Source: Camelus dromedarius (Eukaryota). Taken from it: a DNA stretch of 64,000 nucleotides. The stretch spans positions 111,788,001-111,852,000 of the forward strand of contig NC_087437.1 of the NCBI RefSeq assembly GCF_036321535.1, given 5' to 3'. Position 1 is the first letter of the stretch. The number at the start of each line of letters is the position of its first letter. This document shows positions 15,023 through 29,508 of the stretch, in pieces. The notes under the pieces were generated by a model that saw nothing but the letters and a program-made list of their open reading frames with translations, searched no databases and was not told where the DNA came from. The translations under genes were made by a program, and so were the position numbers.

Positions 15023-17173
15023 TCAATAGGTACTTTGAACCTAGTTTTATATGACTTTATTGTAATAAAAAAAGACCTAATCATTCTATTTTGAATATCA
15101 AATCATCACATTAAAATTCCTCAAGATGTCACTGTTTCTTTTCCTCTTTTGGATAACGGCTCTGCACAGAGATGGAAGAAGCTCTGCGCCACACTGCATC
15201 CACTAATGATATCTACAGAGCAGTAAAGTTTAAAATTGTTTACTATAAAGGAAATAAACTGATATGTACTTATTTAAAACAAGGAAATGACTTCTTGCAC
15301 TATCTTTTAGACTTGGGGATGGATGGGTTGGGTGGGGAGAAGAAGGGGACATAAAGGAGGCTACACCACACTTATGTGTTCTTAGAAAAAATTCAAAGTA
15401 CTCTAATAGAAGAAAAATAAAATTGAAATTGCCCCCAAATAGCTCGTATTAGTTAAAACTAAAACTGAATATGAAAATGAAGGTCTAGCCTATAACATAT
15501 AAACTACATTTAGTAACTTTAGGTCATTTTGTTGCCTATGTAAATAATAAAAATCATAAACTTATGCCAGTTCCTAAAGTGAGAGAGTTGATTATTACTT
15601 TTAATGAACATATATTTTACTCAGGCATGTTAGTTACTATGAAGATATTCTGATCTTATGGATTTTGATAATTATTAAAAAAAAACTTAGTTTGCAATAT
15701 GTAATTCTTATTCTTTAAAGAAATAATAGTAATTTGAAGTTTAAAATGTTACTTCCTTCCATAAAACATATGCAAATGACATTTGAAAAGACACTCACCA
15801 TTCACATTATCAGGCAATTAATCAAAAGGAACACAGAGAAAGGAAAAGAAAGAGCAGTTCAGATGTTAGATTTTAGTTCAATTCAGGTTGGTATATTTAA
15901 TACATAAAATTTCCTATCTTTTGTTAGAGATGAAAGACCATTGAAAATATATGTAACCTCTGTACATACACAGTCTTAGTCAACTGCAGAGACAAAAAGG
16001 CAGAGCACAGAAGAGTATTTTAGGCAACTGCAGAGAACCAGGTTTGAAAGCAAGAATTATGTTCTCTATTCAGAAGGAACACTTGAAAGTTTAACTATTT
16101 CAGCTTTTCAAACAAAGGGCCCATTTAAGAAGTAAATATTTGTAAATGTCAATAAAAATTTCTATGAGTTGAACAAAAGGAACTTTGCAGGCAAGGCCAA
16201 TACCTCTGAACAGAGGCATAGCATTTTATGAGACAGAAGAGGAGGAAGATCTGAAAGTTAAAAGAAGACTTGGAGATAATAAATGGTCCTTAAGAATTCC
16301 AACTGCTACACTGAAGAGGCTGAATAAGAAACTATAAAAGTGGTAAATGTCCTTGTTTCTATTCCTGGGGTAATTTGAGAAATTGTAAAGATTTAGAATA
16401 TTAATAAATTCAACTGAGGCCGGGAGCTTTAAAAATTCAATAATTAAGTATAAAAAATAATGAAAAATAACTTAAGTATGTATCCAAAGTCCTTCAATAA
16501 GGGCCAAACAGTAGAGTAGAAAGTAGTTTGCAGGTAATACCAGCAATAAAAAAGTAATGATAAGGCACAGAATTATAATTAAGTCCAGATCTCACACTTC
16601 GTTTGCAATTTTGACAGCCTCCTTTTCAAAATAAGATTAAAAAAAAAAATAACTTAAGCCCTAATAGCATTGGGTTCATAGTGGACCCACAGTGGATAAA
16701 TTGCCCATTGGTTTATTGTCCATCCAGCATCTGTCACACATCTATTCAACAGTATGAACTATCTAAAGTGCTGGGGACACAAACACAAGTGAGAAAAAAC
16801 CTTTTATTAGAAGGACTAATGGATAGGATTTTTTAAAAAATCATATTTTTAATCAAAATAAACATTATGAAAAGTAAAACAGACATGCAAGTGAAAATCA
16901 TTTTAAAAATGTAAGCAGTACATATGTAGGTCTAGTGGATTATCACTAAACAACCAAAGGTCATACATATACACCCTCCAAACCTAGGGAAATAGCTACC
17001 TTCACTCAGTCATTAGTAACCAATATAGAAGGAAGTGTCAGAGGACATAAAAGCATGATAAAACAGAATTCTAAAACAGATACCTAAAAAACAAACAAAA
17101 ATCCTATCAATTTAAAAAAGAATCCATTTAAAGCTTTATTAAAAAAGGAAAAAGAGGATCTTTTACAACATTA

Positions 17174-17344
<171 letters not shown>

Positions 17345-19657
17345 CTAAAATAACAAAGGAAATCTTATATGTATGTTAATACATTAATTATTATGTGACA
17401 TTTTAAGAACTGCCAGAATCAAACCAAAAATATACAGTTATAGGACTATGGGGGATTGGATTCTGAAAACACAACAGTTTACTAAGCTGTGTTATTTCCC
17501 ACCATTTCAGTTTCTAAAGTAAGTGCCACATCAGTGAAATCTACAAGCAACTCAGCACCCCCTTATCGTAATAAGAATTTCTTTCTGGCTAAATGATATT
17601 ATTTTATTAAAATGTCCCTATAAATCAAACAAGTTTACCTTGTTCACCTAAAAGAACTAATTATGCAACAGCATGCATTGGAGCAAAGAAATATTTACCT
17701 AGTTTATTTAAATATATATAACTAAATTTCTTTAGTTTGGATTTGGTTCTGTAAGTTTGGCTAATTAAGGTCAGAAGACTATGAGAAAAGTAGAGCTGCT
17801 CTTGAACTGTTACTAAAATTTAAAAAACAAGTCATCTCTCTGAATAAAGTCACATCAGCTTTTATAGAATAAAATTCATACTGATAATGCATAGAAGGGA
17901 GAACCAGTGTAAACACAGCATGCAAAGACTGCAAGGATTCCTAGGCCAGCACAGTTCCTTCATCACAGATCACGGTAGAAGTGTTGAGAAAAGTTACTGG
18001 TCTTTACTCTGAATGAATTTTAGCCTTGAAGTCTGGCAGAGTCAGTCTGGCAATGTATAATCCTTATCCAGTCTATTTCTCTTATTTGGAATATAGTCGT
18101 AACTTGTGCCTTGCATTTTTCTTAACTCCCCACCACTTGTGTTTTCTTTTATTTTGTCTATCAGTGGAGATACTTATAGAGGGATCAAAAACTAAAATAA
18201 TATAAAAGAAAACCTAAACTGAGTCTATCTGATTGCCAAGGGACTTACACGAAAGCTATTCTTTGCTAGCATGGAGAATTAAAAAAAAAAAAAATTCCAG
18301 AGTCTCCTTTATAATTATACCCTTTTTTTTAAGGAACTGGGCAAAATAGTCTTCACCACTAGTAGTCCAGTTTTGCCTACTTTAGCAGTAACTTTTGTAA
18401 CCAGTTAACCACTTGCTATACCACGGAATATTCTCACACCTAAAAATGAACAGTGGGTACTTAGTCAAGTCAGATTCTGAAAACACCTGTTTAACTTTTA
18501 ATGAAGATGTTTAAGTATTTCACTAAGTTTACTCTCAGAATCTAACTACATGTATTCAGCCACTTAAGAACAGAACTCAAAACAACCCTGGGCCATGTGA
18601 CAAACTCCATCCCAATGACCAAATGCCTGCTTTCACTTTTCTTGTCTCTGTCAGATTTTCCAAATAAATTAAAATGATAAAATTCAATGACAGACTTCAA
18701 AAAAGGCAGGGTAGTAACAGTTTTTTTAATTGTTAATATTTAATTTTTATTTTGAATACTTTTTTGCTCAGGGTCAATGACTGTATATTGCGAGTAAATG
18801 AAGTAGATGTTCATGATAGTAACATTTATTTAGTTGCATGAAAAATATATTTCTGTAGCAGAGAATTCTACACAGCATATTTTCATTTTTGAGATAGAAA
18901 GAACCTCAGCTGCAGAGAAATTAACCAATATTCTGGCCAAATCTAAGATGATTTACTAGAGAAAACAAGAACATGTTACTTTCTATTCCTGTTTTTTACA
19001 GTATTTGAGAACTATGTTAAGTTCCTATGGAACTAAATGAAGACCCAGGATAGCCCTAGGACCCTAACTATTGCATAATAGGTAAGACTTAGGAATCTCA
19101 GCATTGCTTCACAGTTTGTCAAATAGTTGAGACTATGCCTAAATTAGACTGAATCTGATAGATTTAGTAATAAAGAAAAACACTTTGAAAGACTTTGTTG
19201 GAGAAGTTGGCTCTCATTTACTTTCATTCTGACAATGACATTTTTCATCTGATCCTGTTTTTTGTAGCAACTGATTTGAAAATGCCATGTAAACTGCTCT
19301 GCATAAGACTCTGTCAAGTATATAATACTATTGAGCTGTACGTGTGAAAACAAATCCTCCCCAATTCTGAAAAGACTTTTAAAAGAGAATGAAGGCCAAA
19401 TATATACATATATATACATATTTTTTCTTTATCCAAAAGACAGGCAAAAGAAGCAATTACTGGAATAGTATAAATAGCACTTTTTTTTTAAGAGAAAGTT
19501 AAACGATAGAGGGAAATAGAAGCTATTTAAAGGAAGTAATTAGAACAGATAAAGGAAACATTTAAATGAAAAGGGATGTTGGCAAAAAAAAAAAACTAGA
19601 AGGATGCCTTTAGCATAACTTCATTTTATGAAAATTAATGAGAAACATAAAATGTTA

Positions 19658-19933
<276 letters not shown>

Positions 19934-20224
19934 TCAAACATACAAAAAAAGTGAAACAATTTTACATTGAACATCCGTTAACCAACCATCCAGATTCTGT
20001 AACTGTTAACACTTTGCCATATATTCTTTACTACACATCTCTCTTTTCAGCCACATCCACTTATTTTTAATTAGGCCAGCAGTTAGGAGCTGAACACACA
20101 TTCAGATTTATAACCCTACAGTTCTATGCTAAAGCAGACGATAATAGTGTTTTTTTATTTTTATTTGCATTTAATAAGCCTTACTAAGGTCACAAAATAT
20201 TAAGACATTAATTTTAAGAGAGAA

Positions 20225-20440
20225 ATAGAATAGAGCATTAAGTCTGGAGCCAGATGAATCCTAGCTCTAATGCCTCCCAGTTATGGGACTTGGGGCGGAT
20301 GATGGCTTTATGCCTCCATGTCCTCAGATGCGAATGGTGACAGTAATAGAACCTATCCCTACAGTTGTTATTAATACTTGTAAAGACTAAGTACACTGCC
20401 CAACCCCTAGTATGTGCCCAGTAATGTAATCTGTTATCAC
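20225..20440 (+). mobile_element. MIR SINE
   Basis: TCTGGAGCCAGA...AATCCTAGCTCT...GACTTGGGG pattern. Confidence 0.6.
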
Positions 20441-20513
20441 CACTTGCTGAATTCTAAAGAAAGAAAAAAAGCTTAAAATCAAATATAATAAAGGAAGATA
20501 TTTTACTTAATTA

Positions 20514-20759
<246 letters not shown>

Positions 20760-21387
20760 TCATTTAAATGTTAACCAAATCTGATCTTATCAATACAGTG
20801 TTATAAATGGAAACTTACAGTTTAAATTAAAATCTCAGCATGGTCCTTGAAATCTTACTAATCTCACAAAGCTTTCATTACCACTGGCAGTAAAATGGAA
20901 AATTACTTGCTGATATCTTATGGCATCTTTTCCCTAAAACCTCATTCACAATCCCAGAGAGATTAGGTATGACGTAATTAATATAAGGGAATTTAAATAA
21001 CATTCTCATCTGGTTTAGAAAATGAAAAGCGATTTTCAACTACCAGCATTTCATTTACTATGCGAACATAATGACTGTTTATATCTATTACAGAATCTCA
21101 AAATAAAGAAAATTATTTTTAAGACAAAGCCTATCAAAGACTGAAAAATTCATTTTTTGTAACTTCATTCAACACATACAGATATTTTAAAAGTTTAGCA
21201 TAAAAAGGTCATTCGCTAAAGTATAAATTGTTTACTAATAATATTAAAACAAAATAGCCAAATAATAAATTATTATAATAATAAATAATTCTGGACTTCA
21301 TTAACTTGAACTTTAGAAAATGTTTTCTAACCATGTTGTTTAATTTAAGCTTATAACCTTATGTAACACCATAATTTATATCAATTC

Positions 21388-21535
21388 TTTTTTTTTAATT
21401 TGGGGGGAGGAGGTAATTCAGTTTGTTTGTTTGTTTGCTTGTTTGTTTGTTTGTTTTAATGGAGGAACTGGGGATTGAACCCAGGACCTCATGGATGATA
21501 GGCACGCACTCTACCACTGAGCTATACCCTCCCCC
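21388..21535 (-). mobile_element. tRNA-derived SINE (camelid vic-1-like)
   Basis: GGGGAGGGTATAGCTCAGTGGTAGAG head, (AAAC)n body, A tail; TAT(C/T)AATTC flanks. Confidence 0.88.
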
Positions 21536-22085
21536 TATTAATTCATTATTGAATCAATAAACATCTGTAAAAAATATTTTTTCTTTAGAAGTCATACATT
21601 TCTTTAGGTTCTTATTTACTTGAAATTCCCAAATCCAAATTTTCTTTCTCAATACAAGGTATAGTCTTGCATGTACACAAATGCATTATTCACCACTTCA
21701 TAGGTTTAAAACAATGACTTTGGTTTCCAGGAAATAGACAAGACAATGAACAGATAAAGGAGGAGACTGCCTGGTATCTTTCTACCAGTGACAAATGAAT
21801 ATTTTTTGGGGGAAGGTATTCTTCTGCTTCTCTACAACATAAATAAGGAGATTAGAAAACAGAGTCAGTTGCCTTGAAAGCTTTCCATAATCCCAATTTC
21901 AGCAACATTACTCTAAGCTGTTGCTTAACTGCCTCAAAGAGTTAATGGTTCCAAGAAGTACCCAACCTTTCACTTGGAAGTAATTTATTTCCTGGAAGAA
22001 TTTGATTATTATATTATATTATTTTAAAAGTACCATTTTAGGCATCCATGGGCCAGAACAGAAGAAAAAAAATGATTATATTTAC

Positions 22086-22182
22086 CTGGAAAGCCTTACT
22101 TAGCATATGTTCACCTTCCTTAGAGCCAAGCAAATTTACTATTATTTGTTTACCATATAAATTCTTAAGTGTTCTAAAATGC
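22086..22182 (-). CDS. SYNJ1: SYNJ1 exon 8 ([32 protein letters not shown])
   Basis: 97 nt; ATAG| acceptor; GTAAAT donor. Confidence 0.97.
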
Positions 22183-22659
22183 CTATTAAAGAAAGGAAAT
22201 AAGCATACATCAATGATAAGCCAAAATTTTTTTTCAATTAATAGGAAACCATTATTAAACAGGACCTACATGGCAGTATTTTAAACTCACAGAACTGACA
22301 CAACTGGATACAAATTCATTTCACACAGTCTCAAAACTCTAAATTTATGAAAACTCAGTTAATGCAGTTTCCTCTCTGACTTATCAATGCTAAAATTCCC
22401 ACCTATGCTGGAGCTGTTAGAGTCATCCAGCTCCCTCTCCACTCAGGCTGATGCTAGACAGGCATGGAAAACACAGGTCACCCAGCTTGCTGGGAAGGCA
22501 GCTGGGGCAGAGGGCGCAGGGCTGCACTTCACACGTGAGGACATCACATACTCCGTCAATCTTCAGAGGCCTCCTTAGAGCTCCAGCCTTAAGGAAAATA
22601 GGCCCCAAATATGAGCCCCTTTTCCCTCCAGCTTCTAACCATGCAAGAGGGTGAAGAGC

Positions 22660-22975
22660 AATGCCATGCAAAGGAAATATAACATAAGCCACAGATACAA
22701 TTTTTAATTTTCTAGATGGTACATTTAAGAAAGCAAAAATAAACAAATGAATTAATTTACATATATTTTATGTAACCCAATACAGCTAAGCTATCATTTC
22801 TACAGGTAATTAACATGTAAAAGAAATATTAATAAGGTATTCTGCTTTTCTTTTTTTGCACTAAGTCTGAAATCCAGTGTGTACTTCACACCTACAGCAC
22901 ATCTCAACTTGGACTAGTCAATTTGAAATGCTCAAGAGCTCCACGTGGCTAGTGGCTACCGAATCCAGGAGCACA
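22660..22975. mobile_element. MER33-like hAT-Charlie element
   Basis: CACATCTCAACTTGGACTAG...CCACGTGGCTAGTGGCTACC signature. Confidence 0.7.
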
Positions 22976-23204
22976 CCCATCAGAGGTAGTTTTAAGGCCA
23001 AGACATCAAGACCCACACACCTAGTGCCATCATCCCTAGAATGTATAATGGTTAAGTGTCACTGTCTTCCAGTGAAATTAGGAGTCAGGAAGAAATATTA
23101 CTTAGAGCCAAAAGCTGAAATGAATCAATAAATGTAATTACAAGAGTCTTACCACTTAACTATGTCAAAACTTAACGGCGCTATGTAAAAATAATCAGTC
23201 TCAC

Positions 23205-23266
23205 CTGTCAAAAGCAGGTGCATTGGCTTCAAATCCCCTTGACATACGGACACGGTGAGATCCCAC
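23205..23266 (-). CDS. SYNJ1: SYNJ1 exon 7 (VGSHRVRMSRGFEANAPAFDR)
   Basis: 62 nt; CTAG| acceptor; GTGAGA donor. Confidence 0.97.
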
Positions 23267-25479
23267 CTAGGACAAGAAAATTATATTTAATCATACCAAA
23301 AGGCAGCATGTGGACAAAAGAAATACCATTGTTTACAACAGGTAATAATTCACTTGCTAAAAATTGTAGTAAGTTGAAGGACTGTCATTCATAGTATTCT
23401 TTTAAAAAAACAAGTTCTAGAGGTTTCTTCTTTTTATTTTGTAAAACACAACCTCATGAAAAAGAACAAGTTAGTTCATTATCAAACACTTGTAAAGTAA
23501 ACTAACAGGAATTTTTATTTATGAAATATATTTAAGACTGCTCTCATATACACTACTTTGTTTTAAGCTCAAACAACATAAGCCAACAGATATTGCCACT
23601 TGGGCAATAAAAAAAAAAACAAATACAGCCAAGGGAAGTGTCCTCCTAGGGACACTAATTCCAAAAAAGATTCGAATGACAATTTAGGCCATCTGACTAA
23701 AATTCCTCCTCTTCTAGGCTGCCTACAAGTGCAATGTTTACATATTTTTTTCCTCTGTTATGCTGAATACTCTACTTACCATTCCCTTATCCAAAGATGC
23801 AACACATTAAAAATATTGTTCCTGGAAAAAGACTTTCCAAGTCAATCTCTCAGTCACACAACTATAGTAACAGCACATCTTGCAAAATAAGAAAATGAGG
23901 GTTAAGAAAATTAAACCAGATGGAAAATAACCACCTATTGTGTTTTGTTACAGTTTTTCTTTTCTCATGTAGAAAAGTAGCAGAGAGATGAGACCGAATT
24001 GAGAAAGATGTAACAGACGCCAAGAAGAAATACAAAGGTGAGATCAGATTATTTCCCTGAATTTCCCTTTTAAACATCTCCCTCTGAGACTTTGGGATCA
24101 AAGTTTCCCAGAAGTCATTCCCGCTAATCTGTAAACAAAGTGACTTTAAAGGGGGCATGGGAGAAGGGTTGCCAAATCAGTCAAGCAGTTGGACAAATAA
24201 AGCTAGAAAAAATAAGCTTTCATGTGCTCATGTAATTCAAAAGTTGAATTTACAGTATTATCATTCATTCCGCATTCTCCCTCCTGTTCTGATAAGTGAG
24301 ACAATTGAATGGCTGTCCTGAGAAATTAGTGGATTCTCTCTTTAGTGTTTTTCTTCTTAATAAGAAATTGATCAGCCAAATGTCACATGTATATTCAATT
24401 TCATTTTCTAGTGCTTAATAGTCTGCATAAAATTTTAAAACTTGAAAGGTGTGCTCCAGGACTTGAAGCATTTTTAGACTCCAGAAAACTCAGCGGAAGG
24501 CAATACTTCTTTGAAGTAATCTCAGGTAATTGCCTATAACTCTATAAAAGTTTGAGATTCAGCATTCTGTTTACTCATTCATCTTCCACAGTACTCTTAA
24601 CTGTCAAGATGGTAAAAAATATAAGTTCTCATATTTTTCAGGTATAATGGCTGTGGTTGATCCCTACCACCCTGCTCCCCAACACATACACACAACTAGC
24701 TACGTATTGTAACTCTCACAGCAATATACTGGTTAGATTAGACTAGGCTTTGTTACTCAATGTTAAAAAAAAAATTTTATAATAAAAGAGTTATATCAAT
24801 GGCACTAAAAGTAGCACTCTGGAAACTTTTAAGGCTTTAAAAAACCATAAATTTACCCATTATTTTTAACAAGTCGTATCAAACATATTTTTAGAAAACC
24901 ATTTAAATGGGTGGTATGGAACATCATTTTCTGACAATGTTATGGCTTCATGTTCACATATTTCTGAAACTTCAATTCAGCCAAAAATTCAGTATGCAAC
25001 ACTATGCCAGGAGCAAAATCTCATGATGTTTACATCTTTTAAGACTAATATAGACTATAATATAATATCAGAGTGATACTACAAACTATAAATGCTAAAT
25101 AACTTCAGAGAAAGGAAATCGTAAGTAAAATGGGTGAGTTGCCAGCATGTAAAATATCATTCTTAACTGTGCAGCATCTTATGACAACTCTTCTGATGCC
25201 TCAGACTAATTGATACTGACATTTGCCTTTTCTGTAAAAGGCCTGACTCCCTGAACAGATTGTGAGTTCTTTCTGGAAGCATAACTAGAACATCGCTTTG
25301 AATTTCTCATAGGACACAAGACTACAGACACCTAATGTATATGGAATAATACCTATTGGAAGAATTCAAGGATTTAATAAAGAGAGGAGTGACTGGAGTC
25401 CATTCCACGAGATCTGAGTCGGCTGCTGGAAAACAACAAACCTTAATCTGGGGAGCAGAGGAGCCCTGTCAGAGAACAG

Positions 25480-25700
25480 CCAGGTGTGAACAGGCACAGG
25501 GTGATGGAGCCACAAGAAGAAGAAATGCGGGCCTAGTAGATCTGATGAGCATTAACAGATTAAAAGTGGAAAGGACTGCCTGAAAGCCAGGAGACCAGTT
25601 AGAACACTGTGACAATCTTCCAGGTGAGAAGAAATTATGAAGACCTTAACTGAGATGACAGGAGAGGGAATGAAAAGAGAGAGAGAGTCCCTGGACCCAG
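25480..25700 (-). mobile_element. L2 fragment
   Basis: GAAAGCCAGGAGACCAGTTAG...CCAGGTGAGA pattern. Confidence 0.6.
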
Positions 25701-25819
25701 GAGAATGATGGGGCTGGGCGTCAGCGCCGCTTTGCTGACTCAGGAGCCGCGGCCGGCGGGAGCAGACGGGGCTGGATGTGCTGCAAGGTCAGCAGAGGAG
25801 GACCCCGCCCAACAGGAGT

Positions 25820-25972
25820 GCTCAAATTTGAGCGGCAGGGAATCTGTTAAAAATGCAGATTCCTGGCCCCATTCTAAGAGATTCTATTTCAGCTGATATG
25901 AGGCTGAGGCTGTGAATCTGCATTTTAAAATCACTCCCAAAGATTCCTTTAAAATATTTTAATTTAAGAACC
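25820..25972. mobile_element. MER5-like hAT element
   Basis: TGTTAAAAATGCAGATTCCTGGCCCC...AATCTGCATTTTAA. Confidence 0.7.
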
Positions 25973-27429
25973 TGAGAGGAATTAATCATGGAGAAAGAGA
26001 GGCAGAACAAGGGGCAATTGCCTAAGGATTGTCGGTCCGTGACTTCGAGGTGGGACATCTCACTAGGCAACATTAACTTCAAGGATCCTCTAAAATAAAT
26101 TCCAGTCCTGAGAACACACAGGACGACTAACCACCATTTACAACCAGGCTAAGTCAAAAGTCCTTGTTTATCTTCTATGAGGAAATGAATTTGGGGCCTT
26201 GGTATTCTGATTTTTTTTAATCAATATCCATTATTTTCATTCCTCTATTACCTACTCTTTTAGAATGGTGGGGGAAATGATAAAAGATACTCATGATCCC
26301 TGTTAAAGACAGGCTGGCTTTAAAAACTACTGAGCTAAATAATAGGGAACCACTGACCTAATCCTCAACCCAACCCAAGAAAAGAGGCCAGCTCGGTGAC
26401 AATCTGGCAGGATTGCTCGACTGTCTTGATGTCTCAAAAATTACTGTATCTATCAAAAAAAGCACAATTAAAAAATCTGTAGTTTTCAGCCCATAATCAC
26501 ATGACATTATCCAGCCAGACTATCTGTGTGGACGAACACAGAAGGAAGGAGAAGGAAGTTCTGCACAAGGAGGATCCCTCAGTATAACTACTCAGGATCT
26601 AACCTTACTGAATAATTACACATTGTGATTCTGAACTTAACAAAATAACACAGAAACTAGTAAAACACAGGGCCTATAAATAGGTTATAACAATCTCTTA
26701 CACTAGCCTATTTCTAAAGCAAAACCATAAACTTGATTCAAAGCTGGGTTTTAGAAATTTCTTAAAGCAAATATTCCAAACACCCTTCTCTGCTTACAAA
26801 AGCTTAGGAGAAGTCGGGTAGGGTTGGTATTCTTTCCCAAGGGAGATCTGGGGAGAAATATATCTACTTAAGTTATGTCTATATGCCAAAGATAAAATCC
26901 ACATGGGTCAAAATGGTCTTGACAAGAACTCAAGAATTTTAGCAAAGCAGTACAAGTGTTAATCCGTGTTAATTCTTAGCCTGTCTTGAGTAAACTGCTT
27001 TACTGAAAAGAGTCAAGTGGTCTGCAATTTTTCTCTGCAACAACCATCCTAGAATGTCAGAGAGATCCACCTGTGAACTAAATGGAGGCAGGATTTTTCT
27101 CCGTCCATTTTCTCAATACTATAGACTGAGGCACAAAATTTACTAGACAGTATATACCAGAAGCCTAAAATGAATATAATTTATACTTTAAAGACTAATG
27201 ATACTTGAATAAAAATAAAATGCAAAATCACACTACTATGGGCAATCCAATATTATGATCCTACATGAAAAAAAAACTTACATTTTAAAGATCAGACATT
27301 TAATCAACAAAGGAAATTTTTTAAAAAATCAGAAAGCAAGACAGAGAATATATTCAAGATGACAAGTCACTACAAATTACAAAGTAAAATTTCAGTAGCA
27401 GATATACTCTTTTTTTAGCAGATATATTC

Positions 27430-27670
27430 TTAACAGCAATAACACTATCTAACCCTTATATAGCACTGTGTGTGCCAATTACTATTCTAAGCGCTTTCCA
27501 TTTCATCTTTCTAAGAGCCCGAAGAAGTAGGTACTACTAATGTTATTCTCATGTTACAGATAAGAAAGCTGAGACACAAAGGGGTTAAATCACTTGTCAA
27601 AGATCACACAGCTAGTAGTGGTAAAGGATTCAAATTGAGAAGTCTGTTTTCAGAAGCTTTGTTTTGACTA
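27430..27670 (-). mobile_element. MIR SINE
   Basis: TTACAGATAAGAAAGCTGAGACACA...CTTGTCAAAGATCACACAGCTAGT. Confidence 0.75.
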
Positions 27671-27922
27671 CTACATTTTTCTGCCTACAGAGACTAAATT
27701 GTTATGTACCAAGATACTGAGATAGTAAATACAGAAATAGAAACACTTTGAAAATCAATGTGCAACGAAAACATCAAAATTGTAATATTAAATACAAGAG
27801 CTGAATTTCTATGGATATTTGAAAGAACATTAAAGGAAAAAACAGATCTAAAACAATTTTAGGAACTCTGTACATAGGTCCTCATATATGAATCTAGCTA
27901 ATATTATTAGATTGATAGAACT

Positions 27923-28077
27923 GGGGGAGGGTATAGCTCAGTGGTAGAGCAGGTGCTTAGCATGCATGAGGTCCTGGGTTCAATCCCCAGTACCTCCACT
28001 GAAAAATATATATATATAAATAGATAAATAAACTTAATTACCTCCTCCCCCCTCAAAAAAGCAAAAAAAAAAAAAAA
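27923..28077 (+). mobile_element. tRNA-derived SINE (vic-1-like), full length
   Basis: A box TAGCTCAGTGG, B box GGTTCAATCCC, A tail; TSD ATTGATAG(A/C)ACT. Confidence 0.9.
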
Positions 28078-28140
28078 TTGATAGCACTCTTAAATGAACT
28101 AATAAATTATCCTGAAAGTTTAGAAAATATGGAAAGTTCA

Positions 28141-28260
<120 letters not shown>

Positions 28261-29052
28261 CTACAGAGAAAAATAATGTATAAAATACTCCCACAGGCAA
28301 CGCTGTTACCTCTACATTGGAAGACAAATTTACTAACATCTATTGCACACTAATTATATCTTATGGCCAATCTCTCATTTACAAATTGTCCTAACAACAT
28401 ATCCAAAATAGGACACTATATAAGTTGGATAAGTTGAATTTTTTTTTCAACTAGTGATAGTTCTTCTATATACACTCACCAAGAAAATAGTGAAAATATA
28501 AGCATAAGAAACACAATTTTTGAAGAAGAATTCCTTTTGAATCTCAATACTTTTATACATGTACCTTTACAGTTCATTTAACTTTTTTCTTCAGTTTTTT
28601 ATATTTTTCGAAAACTTATTTGAAGATCTTAGTTGCACTAGGTGCACGGCCTAAATTTACAATTACATAGTTTCACAGCTGAAAATATTATATAACTTTT
28701 AATTTTAGATGGTACATATATCTATTTTTAAGAGTTGGGTTTGGCTTAATTTCACACACACACACACAGAAAACCCCACTTTTCTTAAGTTGTCTAGCTC
28801 TATAATTGAGGATTTTAAATTCAATACTAAAACATATGGCACTGACAATCCCATGCTGATCAGTAAAAAATTTTGTTACTTACTTGAAGAGCCACACCCA
28901 AGTAAGTTTGTTTTAGGGAAGCCTTTCTTAAGGCTTAGTAAGGAGCCAAGAACAACCATAAAATGAGATTACTTATGTCAAAATGAGTTCTAACTCAATC
29001 AAAAATCTGTTACTCTATTATTTTCGGTGCCTCTCATCTAATACATGAATTA

Positions 29053-29508
<456 letters not shown>

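Noticed and set aside
27923..27997. tRNA-like sequence with A and B boxes (also at 21.5, 37.0 and 44.8 kb)
   Set aside because: Followed by SINE body, A tail and TSD; these are SINE heads, not tRNA genes
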